The notes: generated from the letters alone by a model not told the origin. Shown: positions 1 to 9,635, counted from the stretch's first letter. The stretch is DNA of 41,165 bases from Thermoplasmatota archaeon (GCA_965234725.1 CBDDUX010000059.1:1-41165); one strand, 5' to 3'. Program-made: numbers and translations.

Positions 1-5
1 AAAAT

Positions 6-1229
6 ATGAAATCTTTGTTATTATCTGGTTACAATATTCATCTTGGGGTAAATGATGGTAAGCTTATCATCAAGGATGGAAGGGATTGGGAGAAAGATCC
101 CCAAGAGATGGTATACAAGCCTAAATTCGTTGACTTTGACCAGATCGTGATATACGGACATACCGGAAATATCACTTTCTCAGCTATCAAATGGTTGATG
201 AAACAAAAAATCCCCATTAATGTCCTGGATTATGACGGGACTTTGCTCACTGCAATGAATCCTCCCCAATCAAAAACAGGACTTTTCAGGTTGGCTCAAT
301 ATCAAGCTTACAACGAACAACGGATTGATATCGCAAAGAAGTTCATCGAAGCCAAGATACTACGTTCTGAAGCTGTTTTAGAGTGGTTAATGCAAAGATA
401 TCCAGATATTTCTAAGCATTATGATCTTTGTAATTTTGAAAAGACCCTTGAAAATCTTAAAAAAGCGTCATCCACCAAGGAGATACTTGGAATTGAAGGG
501 ATAACGGCACGTCATTATTGGGATTCACTTGGAAGTATCTTTCCTGAGAAATTCGGATTTGAAACTAGAGGATTTGCTAAGACTCCAAGACCTCTCAATG
601 CTGTAGATCCTGTAAATGCGTTATTCAATTATGGTTATAGTGTTCTAGAGGGTTGGTGTCGAAGAGCTGTAAACTCTTCCAATTTAGACCCATACATAGG
701 TTTCCTCCATGAGACAAGAGTCACAAAAGAACCTTTGGTCTATGATCTTCAGGAACCCTTCAGATGGTTGGTAGACATTACTATCATCCAAGCTCTTGAG
801 AATAATATGTTTCATAAGAAGGACTTCATTAGAACTGAAGACTATATCATACGTATTCGACCTGAAGGAGTAAAGAAATTACTAAAGGAACTTGATAAAG
901 TCTATACTATACCAGTAAAGTATAAAGGACTAAATCTTCAGTGGGGAAACGTTATCCAGATAAAGGCTCAAGAGTTTACTAATTATTTACTAAAGAAGAG
1001 GAAAACCTTCACTTTATCTTCACCTGAACCTTTATTGGAACGTATAGATAGTAAAGATATACGTGAGAAAATCTTGAGTATATCCTATACTGAATGGGAA
1101 AAGATGGACTTTAGTAAAGGTTCCCTTTGGTATATGAAAGAAAATGCTAAAGGAAATAAACCTTTTACCCTCAATGCCCATGTTAGAGAGAGATTGAAAC
1201 GATTGGATAGGGGTGTTAAATCATGCTAA
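6..1229 (+). CDS. cas1: Stand-alone Cas1 endonuclease, casposase-like, with C-terminal HTH-like extension
   Basis: Cas1 motifs: GIEG (catalytic E), DPVNALFNYGY, DPYIGFLH (H), LVYDLQEPFRWLVD (E). The tail ILSISYTEWEKMDFSKGSLWYMKENAK...VRERL resembles the HTH tail of euryarchaeal casposases. No cas2/cas4 or array downstream. Confidence 0.92.
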   Translation: MKSLLLSGYNIHLGVNDGKLIIKDGRDWEKDPQEMVYKPKFVDFDQIVIYGHTGNITFSAIKWLMKQKIPINVLDYDGTLLTAMNPPQSKTGLFRLAQYQAYNEQRIDIAKKFIEAKILRSEAVLEWLMQRYPDISKHYDLCNFEKTLENLKKASSTKEILGIEGITARHYWDSLGSIFPEKFGFETRGFAKTPRPLNAVDPVNALFNYGYSVLEGWCRRAVNSSNLDPYIGFLHETRVTKEPLVYDLQEPFRWLVDITIIQALENNMFHKKDFIRTEDYIIRIRPEGVKKLLKELDKVYTIPVKYKGLNLQWGNVIQIKAQEFTNYLLKKRKTFTLSSPEPLLERIDSKDIREKILSISYTEWEKMDFSKGSLWYMKENAKGNKPFTLNAHVRERLKRLDRGVKSC

Positions 1230-2170
1230 AACATGTTGGAAGATCCTTCCTTAGTATTCTTTCAAGAGAAGCAAATGAATTTATATCAACGAATATTTTA
1301 GAAATCGGGAAAGATGATGTTGATGAAATAAAGCCAGAATCTATTGAGAGATACATGGAACAAAACGGTATCTATGCTTGTATGTTGTTTTGTCAGTATT
1401 GTAATGAGGTTTCCTTTTTCAAAGGAACCACGCCCATATACGAAAGAGTATGGAGTTGTCCAGGTTGTCATGAAAGCGAGATGACATATAAGGGATTAAA
1501 TAACAAATTCTTTTCCTTTTTCCTTCAAGATATTAAGAATCTATTAGATGAAAACCGTGAATATTTAATTAACAAGCATCATCCAATGGTCTTAGAGAGT
1601 GGTAGATATGTTCAGCTTCTCTATTTCCAGATGGTTGTAAATATGGCAACTGAACTTGAGGTATTCTTCAGAAATGTATATGGAACTTGGATGAATAATA
1701 AATATATCAAAGAAAATAATAATCTCTTTTCCAAATTTTATAAAGAGTCTAAAAATATTTTCATTAATTTTGAAAAAATTAACGAAGTGTTTCGTAAGGA
1801 ATTGAATGTCAACCTTAAGGAACTACTTGAAGAGGAAATTGTTAACGATATCAAGACATTATTTATTAAGAGACATGTAATCGTTCATAATTCTGGTATT
1901 ATTGACAGTCAATATAAATCAAGTATAAGTGATGACTATAATATTGGTGATGTGTTAGTTTTTACTGATAAGGAAATTGGAAGGTATAAGCATTCTACTA
2001 ATCACATAAAAGCACTAATTAACATACAATATTTATCTGAAATACAAAGAACCTTCATAGATAGAATAAATAATTATTTCACAAATGATTATCCAAATCC
2101 AATTATTAGTACAATAAAAATCCCCAAAATTGAAGATACAATCTATCGTCTGAATTTTATTCGTGGATAA
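1223..2170 (+). CDS. Zn-finger plus HEPN-like (RxxxxH) protein, casposon cargo
   Basis: CQYC...CPGC pair and KRHVIVHNSGIID (R-x4-H) motif; overlaps the cas1 stop; AT-rich like cas1. Confidence 0.55.
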   Translation: MLKHVGRSFLSILSREANEFISTNILEIGKDDVDEIKPESIERYMEQNGIYACMLFCQYCNEVSFFKGTTPIYERVWSCPGCHESEMTYKGLNNKFFSFFLQDIKNLLDENREYLINKHHPMVLESGRYVQLLYFQMVVNMATELEVFFRNVYGTWMNNKYIKENNNLFSKFYKESKNIFINFEKINEVFRKELNVNLKELLEEEIVNDIKTLFIKRHVIVHNSGIIDSQYKSSISDDYNIGDVLVFTDKEIGRYKHSTNHIKALINIQYLSEIQRTFIDRINNYFTNDYPNPIISTIKIPKIEDTIYRLNFIRG

Positions 2171-2369
2171 TGGCCTCACAAATCCCCAAAGGGTCCATGA
2201 GGACCATATAATAAAACCCCTATAGATAAAAATGACAAGCTGAAGAGGATTGTCTACTTCTTTTACCTATCAAGTTTTAGGATACCCTAAAAATCGTCAC
2301 TACACATCTACACCAATACGCATTGGTTTTTCGTAACAAATCCTCGATTTGTATAATACCCCTAGAATA

Positions 2370-2456
2370 TGGTGCAGGGGAAGGGATTCGAACCCTCGAA
2401 CCACTAAGGACTGGACCCTGAATCCAGCGCCTTTGACCAGGCTGAGCTACCCCTGC
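2370..2456 (-). tRNA. tRNA-Leu(CAG), CCA encoded, long variable arm
   Basis: Reverse complement GCAGGGGTAGCTCAGCCTGGTCAAAGGCGCTGGATTCAGGGTCCAGTCCTTAGTGGTTCGAGGGTTCGAATCCCTTCCCCTGCACCA; anticodon arm CTGGA-TTCAGGG-TCCAG; T-loop TTCGAAT. Confidence 0.96.
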
Positions 2457-2588
2457 GGGTTTTGGTCTTTTTGCGATTGGGCGCAGAGGTGAAACCTGGT
2501 CAAAGGTTGTTGACCTGACAATGATGACCTGTCGATCAATTGATCTGTTGATCACCAATTCCACCAGAGCTGGCGGTCATTGGGCAGG

Positions 2589-2600
2589 TATTATAAAAAA
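2589..2600 (-). promoter_or_regulatory. Candidate TATA box for the tRNA-Leu transcript
   Basis: Minus strand TTTTTTATAATA about 135 nt upstream of the tRNA 5' end. Confidence 0.35.
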
Positions 2601-2650
2601 CATTCACTAAACTGAAATGATCTCTATGGTTAAACCGATCGATCCACCTT

Positions 2651-3856
2651 TCAATTGATCGGTCTTGCACCGATCAGGTCCATCTCACAGACCTGGACCT
2701 CCCCGTGCCTCTTCCATATATCCATCACTTTCTTCTTCTGGATCGCACCCAACCCCCCACCAACAAAAGCAAACACCGAATTCCCAAGCATCACCTGTGA
2801 TGCAAGAGCGATATCCTGGACCTCCAGGAGAGCTCCTTTGACCGATAGACTCTGTAAATGAGTGGAAGAAGAGAACTGATAACTCTCCTTCATCAGTACC
2901 CCCAATGAAGGTTTCTCAAGAAGGGACCTAAGAGCGCTTTCACCTGATTCATTGATCCTCTTCCTCTTCAATGGATTGGAAAGGATCTTGCCGGTATCCA
3001 TGGTATCCCCTACTATCATGAAAGCTACAGATGGCGTATCATCCAGACCTATGGGAATTGTATGGACCTCTCCGAAAGGAGGAATTCCCGGAGCGAGCCT
3101 CATCTCAAGACCACCCCTCGCCTGTGCAGCAACGTCCCCCAGACCTCCCTTGCAAAGGATATCCGCCCGGTGGGCCGCTGAGATGCAGTCAGAATAGGTG
3201 ATGGCCTCTGTCATTTCCTCGGCCATGCTGTTATCCAGCCATCTTTTAGGCTGTTTAACGGCTCCTCCGTTCTCGAGCATCCCGGATGCTTTCCCGGATC
3301 CCTTGACCGGGTTCAATTGCTTCTCACCTCCCCCACCCATGTAGAGCTGCATCGGTGAAAGCAACCTTCTCCTTAACGGTTTGATCTTGAATTCTCCTGT
3401 TGACATGGCGAAGTACTTTTCCTGCTGGGCCTTGAACCTGAGTCTGCGGTCCCAGGCTGTGACCTTGCAGTAAAATGCCTCCCAAACAGAGATCGCCGAA
3501 GAAAGAGCCCCTGCGGCGGACATACCGAATCCCTGTCCGACCGGGAGCTGGAGCCTGACCCTGAGACCCACCTTCCACCCCATCCCATTGTCGGGAAGTA
3601 TGGACTCTAAAACATGGGTATAAAGACCATCATTTACAGTGAATTCGTTGACTCCCTTCACGTTGAGTCTGAGCTCCAGAGGATCATCTGCACCGGCTTT
3701 CTCAGGTGGTTCCAGTGAGGCCATTGTCATGGCTCCGAGAGAAAGGTTCACGCCTGCACCACGGGATCCTTTTCTGAGGATATTGTCTCCTTCGTCATGG
3801 ATCGAAAAGAATCCGGTAATATGCCCGGGACAGAAACCGTTCCCCCTCAACACCAT
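2651..3856 (-). CDS. Archaeal pantoate kinase (GHMP family) with ~90-aa internal insertion
   Basis: FCPGHITGFF, GSRGAG, LPVGQGFGMSAA (GHMP ATP loop), AH..D...GGLGDV, MLGNSVF; coupled to coaBC. Confidence 0.85.
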   Translation of the reverse strand: MVLRGNGFCPGHITGFFSIHDEGDNILRKGSRGAGVNLSLGAMTMASLEPPEKAGADDPLELRLNVKGVNEFTVNDGLYTHVLESILPDNGMGWKVGLRVRLQLPVGQGFGMSAAGALSSAISVWEAFYCKVTAWDRRLRFKAQQEKYFAMSTGEFKIKPLRRRLLSPMQLYMGGGGEKQLNPVKGSGKASGMLENGGAVKQPKRWLDNSMAEEMTEAITYSDCISAAHRADILCKGGLGDVAAQARGGLEMRLAPGIPPFGEVHTIPIGLDDTPSVAFMIVGDTMDTGKILSNPLKRKRINESGESALRSLLEKPSLGVLMKESYQFSSSTHLQSLSVKGALLEVQDIALASQVMLGNSVFAFVGGGLGAIQKKKVMDIWKRHGEVQVCEMDLIGARPIN

Positions 3857-5094
3857 CAGGAACTACCTCTTTTCGATCTATACTGTTCCAGAGTCTTGTC
3901 CATGATGAACTTTGCAAGGTCCTCTTTTCGTCCTTCTGCCTTGAAGACCTCTTTGGAGGGAGTGATCGTCAATACGGTATTGGTTGATTCGGTGACATCC
4001 GAAAGATCGTTTGCAACCACCAGGTCCATTTTTATCTCGTTCATTCGGTCGAAGGCCCTTCTGATCAATTCGGCCTCTTCACCGATGGATTCTGCCTTGA
4101 ATCCGACAAGGAAGGTCTCAGGATCCAATTCCCTGAACTTACCGATGACCTTTGGAGTGGAAGTCAGCTCCACTGTGATCCTATCTTTTCCGGAGGGTAT
4201 CTTTCCATTCACCCTTTCAGGTGTGTAATCGGAAATACCCGCTACAAAGAAGCAGATATCGACATGTCCGGTCCTACTTTGAAGCCCTTCAATTATTTTC
4301 AGGAGGTCAGTAGTACCAGTAAAAATTATGCTTTCAATATGAGCTGGTATGTCCTTGACGTTCTCTCCGGCAATGATAATGACATCGGCTCCCCTCCTGA
4401 AAGCCTCCCTCGCAAGCAGGTTGCCGGTCCTACCTGTTGCTCTGTTTGAGATATACCGCATATCATCCATTGGTTCACGTGTGGCTCCTTCCACAACAAG
4501 GACCTTCTTTCCGGACAGGGGACCGCCAGAGACCCTCCTGATGACATTCTCGACTATCTCGTCAATGGATGCCATCTTTGCCTTTCTCTCTTCCAGGATC
4601 GGTTGAACAATTGTAATACCCATTGATCTGGCCTTACTCAGATTCTCCTGAACGACTGGATGAGAGTACATGGTATTGTGCATTGCAGGAACTACTATCA
4701 CGGGAATACCAGTTCCTATAGCCGTGGTTAGATAGGTAGTGACCGTGGTATCATCTATGGCATGGACCATCTTTCCAATGGTATTTGCCGTTGCAGGAGC
4801 GACAAGGACAAGATCCGCCCTCCCGGGAACATCTCCACAGAATTCAACATGTTCCACCATACCTGTGAGATGGGTCACTACAGGATTCCCCGTGGCGAAT
4901 TCAAGTGAGTAGGGGCCGACTATCTCTGCCGCTTTTTCAGTCATCACCGAATGAACATCCGCTCCATGGCGAATGAGCTCCCTCGCTAGCTTGACGCATT
5001 CCACAGCCGCAATGGAACCGGTAATGCAAAGGACTATCTTCCTGCCCTCCAGGGAAGTGTCCTTGGTGCCCCGTATATCACCCGCTGGGTGCAT
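3856..5094 (-). CDS. coaBC: Bifunctional phosphopantothenoylcysteine decarboxylase/ligase
   Basis: ITGSIAA, APATANTIGK, PAMH, GATREPMDDMRYISNRATG, VGFKAE, VVAND. ATG at 5094 preferred over TTG at 5103. Confidence 0.95.
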   Translation of the reverse strand: MHPAGDIRGTKDTSLEGRKIVLCITGSIAAVECVKLARELIRHGADVHSVMTEKAAEIVGPYSLEFATGNPVVTHLTGMVEHVEFCGDVPGRADLVLVAPATANTIGKMVHAIDDTTVTTYLTTAIGTGIPVIVVPAMHNTMYSHPVVQENLSKARSMGITIVQPILEERKAKMASIDEIVENVIRRVSGGPLSGKKVLVVEGATREPMDDMRYISNRATGRTGNLLAREAFRRGADVIIIAGENVKDIPAHIESIIFTGTTDLLKIIEGLQSRTGHVDICFFVAGISDYTPERVNGKIPSGKDRITVELTSTPKVIGKFRELDPETFLVGFKAESIGEEAELIRRAFDRMNEIKMDLVVANDLSDVTESTNTVLTITPSKEVFKAEGRKEDLAKFIMDKTLEQYRSKRGSS

Positions 5095-5205
5095 GGGGTT
5101 CAATGGTGCAATGTATATATTACTTTAAACCCGTTGATATGGTTTCAGGATAATTTAATAGAGTCCAACCCCTATCATATTCCAATGAAATTGGGGGTGC
5201 CTCTG

Positions 5206-8200
5206 ATGGAAGGGGAATTCGATAGAAGGACAAGTTCATTGATCCTGGTATGGATAATGTTGGTCCCGATGCTTCTCGGACTTTTCATGATCGCGGTCGA
5301 GAATGTTTCCGGGTCCATTAGATATGTGGGGCCAGATTCGACATATGGAACACTGCAGGAAGCACTGGATGATGCTAATTCCGGAGATATCATAGTCATA
5401 GCCGAAGGTAACTTCAACGGATCGTTCACATCTGATAGGAGAGATCTTCTTATCAGAGGAAATTCCACAACGAATACCACACTTCTACTGAGCAATTCCG
5501 TACCATCCATCCTCGATGGCAACGGTATCAGGATCAACAGATTGACCATCACGAATGGATCCCTGATATTGAGGGGGAACAATGTGAGGATCACCGATAT
5601 GAGAGTGAACTCTGCGAACGGGTCCCTTGTGTTGGAAAATAGTACTGGTTCCAGACTGGAGAATGTGGAGATCGGAAACCAGGTGGAATTAGGCATACAT
5701 CTCAAAAATTGTTCCACTACATTCATGGAGAATATCGAGGGGAGAGGAATAGACGGGATCGGTGTCTTTCTGGATCGGTCCACAGTGGTGGACATCAAAT
5801 GGTTCAACCTGACCATATCAAGTTCCGGGACCGGTCTTTTCAGTGAAACCTCAACTGGCATCATCCTGGATAAGTTTGACATTACATCCTCGGGATCATC
5901 GGTAGTTGGGGCAGGATTCTCGAACTCATCTTCTCTTCAGTTGAGGAACGGAACATTGGAAATCAATGGAATGGGTTTCAACATCTACTCTTCTTCTAAG
6001 ATAGAGATTAACAATGTTTCCTTCACCACCAAGGCCAATGGCTCTGTCGGGACCAGAGCAGATCTCACAACGAACCTTCGGTTCTTCTTAAACGACATCT
6101 ATGTGATGAAAAGCTCTCTGGGGATCAATCTAAGCAACAGCGGTAATATCACATTTGAGAATTCTTCGATCTTCATCAAGGATAACGGATGTGGTCTTCG
6201 TGGCATCTTCACAACCCCTGTAGAGATCAGGAATGGAACGGTCACCGCGGATGGTGACGGCTCCTGCGGGATCCAACTGAATAATACCGACGATCTGAAA
6301 ATGAACAATATGAAGCTCAATTCGGATGGAGAAGGGGCTATCTCCCTTCTGATCGACAGCTGTCTATCTGTAGACCTTCAAGAATGTGTCTTCAATTCAA
6401 AGGGAGTGGGATCCTATGGTCTGATACAGAAAGGTGATACCAATGACCTGTTCGCATATGATCTCAGGTTCAATACCATGGGGCATGATTCCTTAGGGGC
6501 TAGCCTGGACCATGTTACCGACTCCATGATGTTAGGCAACCAGTTCAAGGTTGACGGGGTCAGGTCCATTGGGCTCATGGCCTTCGGTTCCAATCTTACA
6601 CTTGCGGGCAATTATTATACAACACTGGATTCTGATAGTACTGGTGCCATTCTCTCAGGAGACGATATCACCGTATCCAATGATTCAGCTTATGTGATGG
6701 GGAGATCCTCAACAGGCATCAGGATAAAGGACCTGACAAAACTGTTCATCACCTTGACCGACATAGACTGCTCAGGAGCAGATTCGGCAGGTTTGATGAT
6801 AACAGGAACAGCCGGGACCTACGACATTGCAGACTGTAAATTAAAAGGCGATGAGGACACTGGGACACTTCTCGATGTTGACGATACCGCATCTATCCTG
6901 AAGGTAAGCAACACAACCTTCACCTCATTTTCTCCAAGGACCGTTTTTAGGGCAAGGACCCTGAGAACCATGATGGGATCATCTTCGATAACCGGATCAG
7001 GAGAGAGCCTGGTGTTGATCGATACGCCCTCATCAGAGATCTCGCACTGCTCGATTATTTCTTCACTTCCTGTAAGGGTCTTCAAGGGTAATTCCACGAT
7101 ATGGGAAAGCCAATTGGGATCCAGCTCACAGAGCCTGGAAGCATTCGATGGAACATTCATCCATGCCATAGATACGAATCTTAATGGTGTCCTTGTCGAT
7201 CCAACCTCTCTTGTAAAGGTATCCAATACTCTATTCGTCAAGACCATTGACAGGTTCGATGATCCCCTTGAAGGTGTTGATCTTGACTTCCAATCGGATG
7301 GAATAACCTTGTATGGGACCACTCATTTCAATTCTACCGATCCCAGGACCAATAGCGATGGAATGGCAGGCCCTATCCTTGCTGATAACAGGATCTATTC
7401 TGGATCTCCGATCCCGGTATATCTGAGCAACATTTTGATGATCTATAAACAGGGAACCTCACCGATCGATTGGGAGGACCAATTCATGGTGAACACATCA
7501 ATCCCAGGGACCGTTACTTTTACATCACCGGATATTGACCTTCCTTCGGTGGTAACAGGTATCCAGGTGACCCCGCTTGATACCAGGGAGGACCTCAGAC
7601 TCAGTTGGATCCCCAACGAGGATGATACTCTTACCTACCGCGTTTTCAAACTCGACATGGAGGACCTTTCCACCTGGAAACAGGTTGGAGAGGTGGACCA
7701 CCCGATGGCAACATGGACCTCCAATGGTATGGGGCCAAGGGAAAGGGGAATATTCAGGGTCTCTTCATGGGATGGGACCTGGGAATCGAAACCATCCAAC
7801 ATTGCCACAGCCGAAACCAAGGACTTCACACCTCCGGATGCACCTTCCGGTCTTAATGTCGTTTCCGTAGACCAGACCTCGATCACGATCTCATGGGATC
7901 ATCCGGGATCGGATGATCTTTCAAGATTCGATATTTTCCTCAACAAGACAGGCTCCACTGATATGATTATAGCAGGCTCTGCTGGAAAGGACAATAGAAC
8001 ATACTCGCTAACAGAATTGAAATGGGGGACCACATACCGGATACAGGTCCAGGCTGTCGATTCTTATGGAAATCCCTCACCTAGGAGTCCTGTCTTCGAG
8101 GTCACAACAGCCCTGGTCCAGGTCTCGATATCGGTTGAGGCGATATATTCCGATGGAGGACCGCTTGCCGATCTACCGGTTTTCAATGGATCGGTCTCCC

Positions 8201-9570
8201 TGGTATCATTCAACGGAACCGTTGTAGCAACCGGTGTAACGGATTCCATGGGGACCATCACTTTTACAGGCCTAACTCTGGATGAGTTCTATACAGTTCA
8301 TATCTCTCCACCACTCGACAGGATGGGAGAGCTGAACGAGAAGTCCGGATACTTACCCTTCAAATCGGAAACGTTCCAGCTAACAGAGGATACACCGGAT
8401 AGAACAGTGAACATTACCCTTCAATATCACCTTTTACCACAAACTGGATCCGTACAGATATATGTCATCTATGGTGAAGGTCCAAGAGATGGACCTGCAT
8501 ATGAAGCATACGTAGTACTGCTCAAAGAATCGGGTGAGGTAGTTACAGCTGGCCAGACCGATGCTGATGGCGAGATGACATTCTCTATCCCCCGACTGCC
8601 CTTCAGGGGCAGGTTCGAGGTTACACCAGCTCAGGGGATAGCCGGGGATATCGAGACGAATAGATCCGGTTATCTTTCCCAGGTTTCGAACTTCTTCGAG
8701 GTGACTCCCGGTAACCCGGATTTCGGTCAGTTCGTGGTGGCTTTGCTATACTTTGATTATACACCACCTCCCCAGGAATTGATGATCGCTTTACACCTTC
8801 CAAAAGGGGACAATGTTGCCCTGGATGATGATATCAGGATTAGGTTCTCGATGCCGGTCAATACCACCTCGGTAGAGGCCAATGTGAAGGTGGTTCCTGC
8901 TCTATCCGGTCTGGAATACATATGGGACACATCAAAAAGGAACCTGACAATAAAACATGACAGCTTCCTTCCCGAGAAGAATTACACGGTCACAGTTCAA
9001 TTCGGTGCAATGTCTCTTGAGGGGACAACATTCCCGGAGGATTATACGGCTAATACATGGTCATTCAGAACTGAAAAGGAGGATACCGGCGGAGGAGGAA
9101 ATGAGATCTCCGAACAGGTCCTCATTATCATCATTATAGGAGTTATCGTGATCATTGCTATAATCGGATTCTACCTCTGGTCCACCAGACGGAGGAACGA
9201 TGACGAGATGGATGAGGAGGATGTCTATGCCCTCTCCGATGAGGAATACTATGACGATGAGGAAGACGAATTCTATGATGAGGATGAAGAGTTCCTGGAC
9301 GAGGAATTCGAAGACCTTCCCGAAGATCCTGATGCCGTTGAATACGATGAGGATGAGGAGTTTATGGAAGGAGAGGAGATGCCTCTGGAAGGGGAAGTAT
9401 CTGAAGAAGATATCATAGAAGAGGAGCCCTCTGAAGAGGATATCATCGAAGAAGAGGAAGGACCAATAGATGAAGAAGAGGACCTTCCGGAAGATGACGA
9501 GGAAATGGTGGAAGAGGAAGCTCCCTTAGAGAGGCCAAAAAAGAAGAAAAGGAAGAAGAAGAGAAGATGA
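5206..9570 (+). CDS. Large membrane-anchored surface protein: beta-helix repeats, Fn3 and Ig-like domains, C-terminal TM, acidic tail ending in a basic run
   Basis: N-terminal hydrophobic segment; YGTLQEALDDANSGDIIVIAEG beta-helix cap; Fn3-like DFTPPDAPSGL...YRIQVQAVD; Big_5-like IRIRFSMPVN; TM VLIIIIIGVIVIIAIIGFYLW; D/E tail; KKKKRKKKRR. Start chosen from GGGGTG RBS (ORF open from 5089). Confidence 0.8.
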   Translation: MEGEFDRRTSSLILVWIMLVPMLLGLFMIAVENVSGSIRYVGPDSTYGTLQEALDDANSGDIIVIAEGNFNGSFTSDRRDLLIRGNSTTNTTLLLSNSVPSILDGNGIRINRLTITNGSLILRGNNVRITDMRVNSANGSLVLENSTGSRLENVEIGNQVELGIHLKNCSTTFMENIEGRGIDGIGVFLDRSTVVDIKWFNLTISSSGTGLFSETSTGIILDKFDITSSGSSVVGAGFSNSSSLQLRNGTLEINGMGFNIYSSSKIEINNVSFTTKANGSVGTRADLTTNLRFFLNDIYVMKSSLGINLSNSGNITFENSSIFIKDNGCGLRGIFTTPVEIRNGTVTADGDGSCGIQLNNTDDLKMNNMKLNSDGEGAISLLIDSCLSVDLQECVFNSKGVGSYGLIQKGDTNDLFAYDLRFNTMGHDSLGASLDHVTDSMMLGNQFKVDGVRSIGLMAFGSNLTLAGNYYTTLDSDSTGAILSGDDITVSNDSAYVMGRSSTGIRIKDLTKLFITLTDIDCSGADSAGLMITGTAGTYDIADCKLKGDEDTGTLLDVDDTASILKVSNTTFTSFSPRTVFRARTLRTMMGSSSITGSGESLVLIDTPSSEISHCSIISSLPVRVFKGNSTIWESQLGSSSQSLEAFDGTFIHAIDTNLNGVLVDPTSLVKVSNTLFVKTIDRFDDPLEGVDLDFQSDGITLYGTTHFNSTDPRTNSDGMAGPILADNRIYSGSPIPVYLSNILMIYKQGTSPIDWEDQFMVNTSIPGTVTFTSPDIDLPSVVTGIQVTPLDTREDLRLSWIPNEDDTLTYRVFKLDMEDLSTWKQVGEVDHPMATWTSNGMGPRERGIFRVSSWDGTWESKPSNIATAETKDFTPPDAPSGLNVVSVDQTSITISWDHPGSDDLSRFDIFLNKTGSTDMIIAGSAGKDNRTYSLTELKWGTTYRIQVQAVDSYGNPSPRSPVFEVTTALVQVSISVEAIYSDGGPLADLPVFNGSVSLVSFNGTVVATGVTDSMGTITFTGLTLDEFYTVHISPPLDRMGELNEKSGYLPFKSETFQLTEDTPDRTVNITLQYHLLPQTGSVQIYVIYGEGPRDGPAYEAYVVLLKESGEVVTAGQTDADGEMTFSIPRLPFRGRFEVTPAQGIAGDIETNRSGYLSQVSNFFEVTPGNPDFGQFVVALLYFDYTPPPQELMIALHLPKGDNVALDDDIRIRFSMPVNTTSVEANVKVVPALSGLEYIWDTSKRNLTIKHDSFLPEKNYTVTVQFGAMSLEGTTFPEDYTANTWSFRTEKEDTGGGGNEISEQVLIIIIIGVIVIIAIIGFYLWSTRRRNDDEMDEEDVYALSDEEYYDDEEDEFYDEDEEFLDEEFEDLPEDPDAVEYDEDEEFMEGEEMPLEGEVSEEDIIEEEPSEEDIIEEEEGPIDEEEDLPEDDEEMVEEEAPLERPKKKKRKKKRR

Positions 9571-9635
9571 GATTCTGCAATCATAGTAAAGTATAAGGAC
9601 AAATCTATATAGGGGATTTATACTATTAGTTTATT

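Larger units (their letters stand above)
1..2362. mobile_element. Right part of a putative casposon integrated at the 3' end of tRNA-Leu
   Basis: Casposase-like cas1; AT-rich segment ending in GTATAATACCCC (CCCC at 2359-2362), 7 bp from the tRNA CCA. The left end and polB are not in the window. Confidence 0.7.

Noticed and set aside
2277..2564. 95-aa minus-strand ORF
   Set aside because: It overlaps the tRNA and the element terminus; spurious.
2515..2570. Box C/D sRNA on the + strand (CTGA, ATGATGA)
   Set aside because: The remaining boxes are degenerate and no guide target could be recognised.
1..2650. CRISPR array or CRISPR-Cas operon next to cas1
   Set aside because: No regularly spaced repeats and no cas2, cas4 or effector genes in the window.
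3203..3469. Intein in pantoate kinase (Cys near the start, Asn-Ser near the end)
   Set aside because: About 80 aa is too short, and the TxxH and terminal HN motifs are missing.
9273..9602. Ser-rich minus-strand ORF
   Set aside because: Antisense shadow of the acidic tail codons.
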